This document shows, piece after piece, positions 25,801-36,231 of a DNA stretch of 64,000 bases. Origin of the DNA: Cyanophora paradoxa CCMP329. Taxonomy: Eukaryota > Plantae > Glaucophyta. The first letter of the stretch is position 1. Each line of letters begins with the position of its first letter. The stretch is taken from contig QPMI01000005.1 in assembly GCA_004431415.1 (NCBI GenBank), positions 620,001-684,000 on the forward strand, given 5' to 3'. Under the pieces are notes generated by a model. The model was given only the letters and a program-made list of their open reading frames with translations. It searched no databases and was not told the DNA's origin. The position numbers and the translations under genes were made by a program.

Positions 25801-28800
25801 ATCTATTTCCGTTTCACGCCGACAAGAGACATGAGGGTTCGAACCACCCCAGCTATTTTAAGTATTTGGTCTGCGCAGTTGCAATATATTATAATTTATC
25901 TTTGCATCCACAGGTGCTTTTGCGGTTTGCGAGTGATACCAATACCAAATCCGGTGGTAGTGCCTACTTGCCTCGAATCTACGTGCTCCCTCCAACGGTA
26001 GTTAAACTTTTCAAATTCGTTCTGCAGTGGTCTCGATGCGAACCCATAATCAGGTGTGCCCTATGGACGAGCGCATGGACTTCACTGGGAGTAGTATTCT
26101 GCGCGTTGGAGGAGGCGGTGGCGGCGGTAGCGCCGGTACAGTGAAAAGTGGAGCTTTGTTCGGCGTTTACGCTGGCAGAACGTACTACGTCGCTGTCGAA
26201 CAAGGTGAGACTGCGGCTGAATTGCACGCAGCGGAATGTGCCCTCGTGATCAAGCTAAGCCTCGCCCGCAGTCGATTTCAATCCGCAAGGATATTTCAAC
26301 TTGACCATCTCCGAAATCAAATCTCTGGACCCGGCGACGTGCCCGACGGTCCCGTCGATCGACATCCCCTCCGAGGTTGTCAACACTTTTCCGACGGCGT
26401 CATTCGCATACGGTGCCGACAAGTACACCCTCTACAGTGTCATCCCCCAGATGGACACGTGCGCATTCCCTTATCGTTATATATATATATATTATAAGGC
26501 TCTTAAGCTTCGACACTGATTGCCAGCAGGCTTGCGGTTGTGCGCTGGAAGGTCGGCGTGCTGGGCTTTAATCCTGTGTACATCTTCGGTCCGGTGCATT
26601 GCTCGGGCTACCAGTTCAACGAATCTTACGCACTTGCGCCGCGAAGTGAGCTTAAGCTTGAGCTTACATATATATGCATAAGCTTGAATACGTTTGCTAA
26701 ATTAAAGTGTCTGCAGGAAATCCGTGGGAAGCAACGCCGATGTCCCTTTTCAGCGACATGACTTCGGCAACTCTTCTCAAGGGCAAACTGTACTATATCG
26801 GCGTGAGGAACGTCACCGGCCTTGAGGAAAACGGATTCAGATTTCAGATTATGGGTTCGTTTGCGAGTTTCAATGTTGCGTGAGCGATAATTCCGAGCAT
26901 TGAAATATATTCACGCATGCGTATATACGCAGGCAAAGGGCGCACCGTGTCGCGGATCCGACCCAGTATCCGGCTTTTTATGAGCGGGACGCGAGTAACC
27001 GCTAATGTGACTTTCGATCCGCTGGGCGAGACCGCGGCTGTGCTTGTCAAGTGCACTGGAGACATGTTCGGGAACGGATCGGCGTCGATCCCCGAGGCTT
27101 CCATCGGCGACGCTTCGGTGACTACAGCAACAGTCAACGTCATACTCAGCGTGCAACCGTCAGTTCCCGTCTTTGGTGGCGCTGTCTTGAATACGACCTG
27201 CGTCGCGGAGGCCGTTTCAGCGATCGGCGAGCGCTCGGAGCCGTCGCTGGCTACTAATGCGTCCTATGTGGTGGCGAGTATTCATGATCATGAGCTAAAG
27301 CTTAAGCGCGATATATAATCAGCAAAACTGACTCGAACGTACGTGCAGCCCATGCCAAGTCCGAGCGCTAGCCCTACCCCAAGTCCTGACAGCTCTGGTG
27401 CCGGATCCGTCCCAAGCCCTAGCCCGAATTCGAATTCGTCGCCGATCGCGAGGTCTGCGAATTCGAAGATACCGTAGTACTACGATCACGATAGCTATAG
27501 ATGCTAACGCCTAATCATCGGACTCTAGCATCCAGACTGACTGAATCCAATTTGCAAAATCGGCGCAGCGCTAGCCCGTCACCGTCTCCAACTCAGGCTG
27601 GCGCCCCGCCCCCACCCGGGACCGGGCCCGCACCCGCACCCGCGACTCCGACCCCACGGCCAGCGCCAACCCCGAATAACATTGAGAACTCATTGCCAGC
27701 CCCGCCTTTGGTGCGTCCAGAAACGGAGAAAACTCAATCGAGAAATTGATTGCGTTCCCTGCATGCGCGCGCAGCCTTTTTTCACAGAGAATTCCACAGT
27801 CAGAGCAGTCCTCGGACAGGGGGCAAACATCGTAGCGGTATGCATATGCTGCGCCGGCTCAATTTCAAGCTTGCGATAGCGATCGCATCTGCGCATCTCA
27901 TATGTATATTCGCATGCATATGTGTGCAGCTTTCTCCGAGCGACTTCGTCCTCATGAAGGTGAATATATATACTTGGGCATATGAAGGGCACATGTACTT
28001 GGGCACATGAAGCTTGAGCTGAAGCTTGAGGCGCGCAGGACAAAAAGAACAAAGACGTGTATGTCCTGAAGGTCACTCTCCCCTTCGCAATCGTTTCGAC
28101 TCCACAAGTAAGACTCTGAGACCACCTATTTCGCACTCTGCGACCATCCAGGAATCACTCATTTGCAATATTTAATCGTGTCCAGATACCGACCGGGCCC
28201 CTGGCCGGCCGCTTTCGGGAGTTTATCGTCACAGGCATTTTAAAGGTGCCAAAGTCAGTCGTGATGAGCCGTCTATATATTAATCGGGGACCATCCCGCA
28301 GCCTAAGCAGCAAATCCTCGTGTTCATCGAGAATGAACTAGGCGAGCAGAGGGCTACCACGCAAGTCACTGTCGACATAAGCGACGTCAGCGGCAGGAAC
28401 GAGACCATCCTTCGCTTCCGTGCGCTCGCTGCCCAATATATATAATGATGCGCGGGCGTCACGTCCTTCTAACCCATTCGACTGCATTTCCCTACGTACA
28501 TATATACGTATACGTATATACAGTGCCGCCAGCTCTAGATCTCGGCCGTCGCCAGCGCGCCCGGACGCTTCTCGCCTTCGAACTCAACAAGCGGGTCCGT
28601 CTGAAAGCATGTGTATTAACTAGTAATTATTCTTCTACGTTGCTTGAAGCTTACGCCCGTTCTTCGAATTCATAATGACAGTACGACTTGCGCATCGAGC
28701 CGGCCCCTGGAGAGGCCGCCTTTGTTCCAGTCGTCATCGGCGATGTGTGTAATCTATCATATTTATTTTTGCGCCGTGCGAATGCCGAGCTATATATATA

Positions 28801-29162
28801 TATATAGCTACGCCGTGAAGCGTCCTATCTGACTTTCATTTCCGTAATCCATTCACTTGTTAATATTTGGCGCCGTGCGAACTCGGAATGCCGAGCGACG
28901 CGCCCGATCTGACTTTCATTTCGAATTCTTGCGCTTGCAGGCCTTCCGGTGGACGCCAGTTGCATTTGGCAGCGCTAGCTATAGCATGGCCCCAATGCCG
29001 TACTTGAGCGCTGCCCTTGCTTCAGCTCCGACGGTACGCGTACGCGCCTCAGGCCTCCTGCGCATGCGTTAACGTTGATCTGCTGTGCCACCTGATGTCT
29101 TTGCGCAGTCTCTGCAGCATTTGCTCGTCTTCGTCGTCATCGTTGCGGCGGCCTTATTCTAG
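22869..29162 (+). CDS. Large multi-exon secreted/cell-surface protein: signal peptide, about 4 beta-sandwich (PPC-like) modules, P/S/T-rich stalk, C-terminal hydrophobic tail (probable GPI signal)
   Basis: N-terminus MIMSRQRSAFLTSALIYALLAASARS. Recurring module motifs SSPC..A..I, PEVWFRFKPSRDM / PEIYFRFTPTRDM, SVYYVVV / RTYYVAV / KLYYIGV. SPSPSPT..PAPAPATPTP stalk at 27350-27690. Last exons ..YLSAALASAPT|SLQHLLVFVVIVAAALF* with stop at 29160-29162. Confidence 0.75.
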
Positions 29163-29429
29163 ATTCAGATCTAGATTGCATCTTTGTCTCGAATTCGAAC
29201 TTCGAATCAGATCTACAGACCCGATGGCATGCGCATGGCCCTTTTAATTTTACACATTGATATTTTTTGATATCGATTCTTGCAATTGTGTATGCGACCG
29301 AGCTTTAGATCCCGTTGCGTGCGGGCGGCCGGGGCCCCGGAGAAGGGGGTTGGGAGGTAGGGGGCGCCCGGGGGTGTGGAGGGGGGAGGGGGGGAAGATG
29401 GTGCAGAACGGTGGGAGGGGATGGCCATG

Positions 29430-29615
29430 GGGATCCGGAGGTGCTGGGCTTGGTCTATCAGCTCCGGCCCCGCACGCCGCGACGTCGACCCTACCCGACT
29501 TTCGCCGCAGTGGCTGCTGGCGCGGTTCGAGCCGGTCTCAGTGACTCGCAGGAGCGCATCGGAGGCCTATAGCTAGGGGCCACCGGCACCGCCATCAGCC
29601 CCGACGCCTTCGAAT
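29430..29615 (+). pseudogene. Orphan 3'-end remnant of the LRR gene
   Basis: GGAGGTGCTGGGC..CCCTACCCGACTTTCGCCGCAGTGGCTGCTGGCGCGGTTCGAGCC..CCCCGACGCCTTCG matches 20026-20227 (last exons of LRR A), with insertions and an in-frame disruption. Confidence 0.8.
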
Positions 29616-30567
29616 TCGTGCGCCGGTACGTATACCGCCATATGCATCGGCCCCGGAGCGCTAGCGGCGGCAAGGGCGGGCGGCGGACAGCGGGACATGT
29701 ACAGTCCACTTCCAGGGCTCACGAGGGATGCCATAATGGAGGAGTTGATCAAGGGGTGGGCGCGCGGGACTGGCTACGTACGCGTATACGGCCGGGCTAT
29801 CACCGAAAACCATGTCTCCGGTTCCGAAGTTCCACACTCAAGCGAACTCGGAACCTCCCTTATTGAGCCACCCAGCTAGCACGGCAACTAGCTAGCACGT
29901 GCACCTCCGGCTTGCTTAGTTGATCGGCCGGAAGGGCACGTCACGTCGAATTCGAAAATGGGTACCTGTGCCGTGGTATCAATGCGACGTCCACTTTTGC
30001 AAAAACATATCGCCGAGTCGCGCGCCACTAATTATAAACGCGAGGCCAAAACTTCAAATCCAGCCGGCCAGCTACTAGGCTAGCGCTGTTCAACCAAGGC
30101 GAGGCAAGGCGACTGCCTAGCCTATTAGGCCTTATCTTGTTACTGATCCATGTATTATGTGACCCATACAGAAGTACACCCACGGATGACCGTGGCATTC
30201 AAAGCATAAAAGCATGCGCATGCTGAGCGCATAGACTAATACGAGGGCCGAGATCTAAAAGAGCGGCAACAACACAAAGCTGAAGATTGGAAGGAGAAGG
30301 CGCCCGATGCAAAAGAGCGCCCCTCCTACCCCAGACACACTAAGCCCTAGATAAAAACAAGAGAAAAAGGATGATCCCTATATATGTCGCTCATATATAT
30401 CGTGGAGGATCCGCAGAAAAACGCATTAAGATGGTAAAAGGATGTGAAAGTGCCGCGGCGCGCACTCGGAGCCGTCCCAAAGAAGAGAGGTCCGGCTCCG
30501 GCCCTTCGGCGCGCGGGCGGGCGGGCGGGCGGGATGCGCGGCCCTCTCGCGACCGGCGGTACCCCGG

Positions 30568-32920
30568 TCACACGCAGAGCGGAGGGGGCGCGGGGGGGTT
30601 GCGGGGCGTGGCGGCGCCCCCGCCCCCGCCCCCGGCCCCGCCCCGGACGCTCGAGGCGGGGCTCCCGACTGAGCGCGCCCGCTCCACCAGCGTCGAGAGG
30701 TTCGCGAGTCGCTCGACGGTCTTCGCGAATTGCGCCGCCAGCTCGTCCTGCGCGCGCGTACCCCTCAGAACGGAACGGAAAGGTGGGAAGGGAAACGGAC
30801 CTGGGCGGATTCGATGACGGCACGGACGGCGTCGGAAGGGGCGGCGGCGGTGGCGCCGGGGAGGAGGGAGAGGCCGACGCTGCCGGCGTCGCTGGGGGCG
30901 GGGGCGGGCGAGTCGCGGCCGGCGTGCCCGGAGAGCCGCGAGGCGGACGCGGCCAGGACCCAGTGGGACGTGTAGGTCGGCAGGCCGGCCGCCGAGTGCG
31001 AGGGCGAGGGCGAGGGCGACGCGGGGGCGCGGCGGCGGCGGCGGAGGCGGCGGCGGGTCGCGGGGCGGACGAGGCGGCGGAGGGAGAGGGGGACGGGGGC
31101 GCGGGAGCGGGGGCGCGGGAGGGGCCGCCGTCGGGAGGGCCGATGGGGGAGGCGTAGTTCCCGGCGGCCGTGGTGGGCTTGCGCTTCGACTTTGCGCGGG
31201 AGTGGGACACGGCGGACGAGACGGAGGAGGCGGGGCTCGCTGGCCGTTCCGGCTGCTTCGGGCGGGGCGAAGAAGCCGAAGCCGCGGCGGCGGCGGCCGC
31301 CGCCGCCGCTGCTGCCGCCGAGGCGGTGGACTGGGCGGGGGTCGCCGGGCGCGAGTGGCCGGGGGAACGGACGCTGCCGGCGCGGGAGGAAGGGGAGGGC
31401 ACGCTGAGGACCTCGTCGGGGGTAGCCCGGACGAGCTGGTGCCCATTCCAGTAGGCCGCTGAGAGGGAGCGGCGGGACGACCGGGGCGTGGGGGACGGGG
31501 ATGCCGCGGGGGACCCGGAGGGAAGGGGCGGCGCGGCGGCGCGGGCGGCCGCGGGGGGCGCGGCGGAGGCGGAGGCGGAGGCGGGGCGGGGCGGTGTCGG
31601 GAGGGGAATCTCGCCGGCGCCCGAGGGCGGCGACGCCGTCGAGGCTTCGGCGGCGGGTTCGGAGGAGGGGCTGGAGGCCTGCCCTCCGCTCTCGTCGCCG
31701 ATGGTCGAGTCAGACGCGATGCGGCGGATCGGCGGCACGGCCAGCGGCTTGCCAGACGCGGCCGCCGCAGCCGAGGAGGGGGAGGAGGCGGCGGCGCCCT
31801 GCGCGCGCGAGACGGCCAGCGCGCGCCGCAGGCTCGAGATCTCGCCGTTCAGGTCGCGGATGACTGCCTCGTACGTCCTCCGCTGCTGCTCCGCCGCGCC
31901 GCTGCCCTCCGCCGACGCCGCCGACGCGGCGGCGGCCGCGCGCCGCGCTGCGTCGCGCTCCGCCACAGCCGCAGAGAGCTGCCGGGCCAGCTCCGCGTTC
32001 GCGTCCGTCAGGCTCTGCACCTTCAGCCGCAGCGTTACGTTCTCCTCCCGCAGCCGCTCGGTCTCCAGGTTCACCGGCGGCGTTGGCGGCGTGATCGGAG
32101 TCGGCATGACGAAGCGCGGGGCCGTTGGCGAGGCGCTCCTTTCGGGAGAGGGGCCCGCCGCCGTGAATGCGGTCGGGGCGAACCGCCGCGGCGAGCTGGC
32201 GGCCTCCGGAAAGGAAGGAGAAGGAGGTCCGCCGGCGCCGCCGCCGGGGGGAGCCGCGCGCGGCGGGAAGGCCGGCGTTTCACGCGGGGAGCCGCTGAGG
32301 GGCCGGCGCACCTCGCCGGTCTGCACCATACGCGAGCCCAGCTGCGGGCCGGAGCTGCCCGCGGGCCTCTGCGGCCCCGCCGCCGGCCGCGCGCTCGGAG
32401 TGCCAAGGTCACCCATGCCGCGGGTTGCGGTCGACTCCACCACGTTGACTGCGCGACAGATCGGAACGCGTTAGCTCTCCACACATGATCGGAGGAGGCC
32501 CCGGGCGCAAGCGGGGAGCCCGCCACGCACCAGCCTCAACAACCACTGGCGCCTCCCACCTGCTGTCAAGCCAGCGGAACACCGCCGGTTTCGACTGCCG
32601 TTCATGTCCTTCTATGCGCCTGTTCACTCTGCGGCGGCCAGGCCTCAGGCGGTGCCAAGTCAACCTGTTGCCCTTGCGCGCGGGGCGGCGCACCCTTCTT
32701 CCCAGATGATGCGGCCGCGAATGAGAGCGGCGATTTTGAACTCTATAGGCAGGTGCCGTCGCTCAATGGCCACCGAGGACAGGCCCCGCTCCAGGCGCAG
32801 CGCCCGCAGAATGTCCCATTCGCCAAGCTGGGGGCAGCTGCCGACGACATACACCCTCTCCGCTGGTATAGCGTCCTCGTCAACAGAGAAGGCGACCTGG
32901 CACGCGGCCGGGGCCGCCAT
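30568..32920 (-). CDS. CBM20 starch/glycogen-binding domain + coiled coil + long Ser/Pro/Ala-rich disordered region (about 4 exons)
   Basis: MAAPAACQVAFSV..ERVYVVGSCPQLGEWD..ALRL..IEFKIAA..IIWEEG|VNR fits the CBM20 consensus. A phase-1 intron (donor GCTG|GTGCGT) joins in frame to VNVVESTATRGMGD of the 698-aa ORF, which contains LETERLREENVTLRLKVQSLTDANAELARQL. Last exon QDELAAQFAKTVERLANL..LCV*. Confidence 0.8.
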
Positions 32921-33052
32921 GCTGTGCTCTGGGCCGCCAGCTGCGAACGAAGTGTGGAGGTGCAAGACCAGGGCGGGTACTCGTGGTCATCAGGGCAAAC
33001 AGCTGCGCTGGCGGAAGAAGAAAGTCAGCAGGTCCGGGAAGGCCGCCCAGTC

Positions 33053-34383
33053 ATGACAGTCAGCGTGCGTACCGGGCGTGCGGACCGTCCGCGCCGCCGT
33101 TCTTCACGTCCGTCCCGCAGTACGAAGATGCGCTGGCCACCTTGACAGCGATGTTCCCGACGATAGACAAGGAGGTCATCGGCGCGGTTCTCGACAGTCA
33201 CCAGGTCCTGGCCCGGGCTTTCTCGCAAGAAGACCACTGATGCGGCGCCGATCAGGGGCACATGGAGAACACCATCGAATCGCTCTTGGCGGTCTCTGGC
33301 GAGAACACCGACCCGAACTTCCAGCACAGGGCTCCGGCGGCGGCCGCAGAACGAGAATCGCCGCCCTCGCGGCCCGGACCTCGGCGAGAGGGTCGGCCAG
33401 CGGGAGGCAGCTCGCTGCCGCCGGACTTCCTTGGAGTGAGCCGCTCTTCGGGAGTGCGTACACGGAGCTCCGCGCCCGCGGAGCCACGCGCCTGAGCGGG
33501 GCGCGCAGCCGCACCACAATTCGCAGATCGACGAGGACGAGATGCTCGCGCGTCAGCTGCAGGAGCAGATCTTCCGCGAGGAAATGACTCAGAGCCGGAG
33601 GGAAGGTGCGGGCGCCGTATTCTCGCCCCCCGCCGCCCGCTGACCGCCGCCCGCGCAGTGCGGTCGGCCATCCGCGGTCCGCGCCCCGGCGAGCGCGGCG
33701 TCACCAGCCCGAGCGCGTGCTAACCGAACGCAGACTCCGAGTTCTATGACGCGCGCGGGGCGCAACCTGAGCCGAACGACCTTGAGGCCATTAAGCAGAA
33801 GCTGACGTCCTTCGGGCAGGGCGCGCCGGATCCCGGCGCTCGCTCCGGCCTCCCGCGGCGCGCCCCTGACGCGCGCGCGCGCAGCCGCGAAGCTCAAGAT
33901 GAAGGCGATCGCGGACAAGCTCTCTGGGTCGCGCCAGACGGCCACGGCGGGGCCGGGCGGGCGGGAGTACAGCGCCCGTTACGCGTGCGCCGCCCGCGCC
34001 GCCGCCCGGACGCGCCTCGGGCCGCGGCGATCCGAGTGGTTTCGCGCGCAGGCAACTCGGTGACGGGGACCAGGCCGAGGTCGTGGCGTACGAGAACGAA
34101 ATGCAGGCCGTCACGGCCGGCCGCCGCGTCAACGTGCGCGCCCAGCGCCGCGCCCGCCCCGGCCCCCGCGCCGGGCACTTCCCGACGCTCGCTTGCTTCC
34201 GCAGGCCGGCGAGATGGAGCAGGAGGCCGAGCTCGGTTCGCCGCCGTCCTAGCGCCCCCCGCGGCGCCGAGCCGCGCCGCTGACGGCCCGCCCGCAGAGG
34301 ACCGGAGAGGCCAGACGCGGCCCGCGGCCCCGCCGGCGGCGGCGGCGGCCGGGCGCCCGGATCAGTCCAAGAAGGACCGGTAG
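33053..34383 (+). CDS. CUE-domain ubiquitin-binding protein with UIM-like helix (Cue5/CUEDC1-like), multi-exon
   Basis: MTVS|YEDALATLTAMFPTIDKEVIGAVLDSHQ|GHMENTIESLLAVS carries the CUE MFP and LL motifs; then IDEDEMLARQLQEQIFREE; ends QSKKDR*. Confidence 0.85.
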
Positions 34384-35049
34384 TAGTAGGAAGGGGCGAC
34401 GCAGCCGCCCGCATCGGGCCGACCCCTGTTGTACAGTACCGTAGATCCTTCCGATCAGTCCTCGAAGAATAACTCTCAGTTGTGCGCTGCCCATCACGCA
34501 CGCAGGCCGCGGCCGCCGTGACTGGCGAGCTTAGCAGCGAGCTTGTGATATCGATGGGCGCCCCTGCGGCCTGCCCCACTGCCCCCACTGCCTGGATAAT
34601 TATAAGGGCGATCAGCTAGTCGGGTTCAGATCAAAAGCTCGAGCTCAGCGGCCTCCTGCAGGCGTTAAGATGCGAGCGCGCGCCGCGCATGCATGCGCAC
34701 AGCATATGCTTCGGATCCGGACGCGAGATCCTCACTGATGCTAGCGTTCACTGACGTGACGTGACCCCTTAGCTTTAGCGGACTCGGTGAGTTTGACACT
34801 GTATATAGAGCTGCACTGTACAACACGTACAAGCGGCGCCCCCACCCCCTTGCTCCCTACGGGCGCTACCTGCGGGCGCCCAGAAGGGCCGATCTGCTCC
34901 GGCGCTAGCTAGGGCGAGCGTCCCGCCAATGAGCCGTGAACCTGAGAGCGGCTGCCCGCCAACAGGGCCTCCGGACTCCCTGACGCGCTTGTAGAAGGAG
35001 GAAGGGGGGAGAGGAGGCGGGGGGGGGAGGGGGGGGGGGAGGGGGGGGG

Positions 35050-35821
35050 TTACGGGCGGACCGCAGCTCGGGGAGCCCGGCGCAGCAGCTGCGGAGGCGG
35101 CGTGAGCGGGCCGACGGTGGGAGGGGCGGGCCGGGCGCGCACCGCTGGAGCATGTACCCCAGGTCCTCGTCCATGATGCAGCGTACCCCGCCGAGGTTGA
35201 GGGCGCAGAGCGGGGGCCCCCGGTCCGCCACCGCCCGCAGCCCGAGCCCCGCAGTCCTTGCTCCTGGGCGGGCGTCGGGGGCGGGCGGGTGGAGGGGCGA
35301 ACCAGAAGAGGTTCAGGCGCCGCAGCCGCGGGCCGCAGAGCGCCGCGAGGCCTAGGGCGCACACGTCGTCGTCGCGGACAGCGGGGCGGCGGGGCGGCGG
35401 GGGTGAGTAGCTAACGATCCTCTGGGCCCCGCGCGCTCGCTCGCAACCGAAGCTTCGCGCAGAGCTGCGGATCCGGAGCTGCAGCGCGAAAGCGACCCGG
35501 ATCCGGACGGCCTGCGAGGCGGAGGGGCGGCAGTGAGCGGCCCCGAACGCAGACCCTTGCGCAGCTGCGGCCGCGACGCCGCAGCGCCCGACGCCAGGCT
35601 GGCTCAACCCGGTCTTATTGACGATTCCGAAGGCGCTGCCGAGCATGTCTGGCGCAAAGAACAGATGCAAGTAAGCGGAGGCCTGGCGGGCGGCGCACCG
35701 AAGACGGGTGGCGGGTGGCGCACTGAAGGCTGGCCGCCGTTGGCGGGTGGCGCACTGAAGGCTGGCCGCCGCGCTTCTTCGCCACCAGCTCCTTCGTGCT
35801 GAACGGGGCGTCGTCGGCCAT
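35050..35821 (-). pseudogene. 3'-truncated LRR gene copy B (5' exons only), divergent from NACHT-WD40 B
   Basis: MADDAPFSTKELVAKKRGGQP (ATG at 35821), DMLGSAFG.., PAVRDDDVCAL..AALCGPRLRRLNLFW, GLRAVADRGPPLCALNLGGVRCIMDEDLGYMLQR. Homology stops at a G-run near 35000-35050. Confidence 0.8.
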
Positions 35822-36231
35822 CTTCGCCTCGGCCGAAAAACAGACTCTCGCGCGCGGGGTACAGGCGAAGGCTCGCGCCGGTCCGGTTTCGCGCTGATGG
35901 CGCGCGGTGCCGAAGCGAAGCGTTGGGGCTACGCGGGTGCGGCCAGCGCTAGCGGCGGCGGCGCTCGTTGGACGCGTTGCAGGCCTGCAGCTGCAGGGAG
36001 CGAGCGAGCGAGTGCAACCAGAGCGAGCAGCGCGCGAGAAGCCGGCAGCGATCCAGCAGTTTTCAGGCTCGGTCGCGTGCCTGCGGGAGTCGGGAACGTG
36101 TGCGCGGGCCATTTGATCTCTCCCTGCCATTGCCGGGCCCGCGTGCGTGCAGCTGCTGATGCGCTCGATCGTGCACAGAGTTCTTCCATCGAGGATTTTA
36201 GTGCCTTCAACATCCGGCCGCTTCCCCTGCG
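35822..36231. promoter_or_regulatory. Putative bidirectional promoter between the LRR and NACHT-WD40 genes (homologues at ~16555-16990 and ~50290-50688)
   Basis: 410 bp between divergent ATGs; sequence conserved in all three cassettes. Function inferred from geometry only. Confidence 0.5.
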
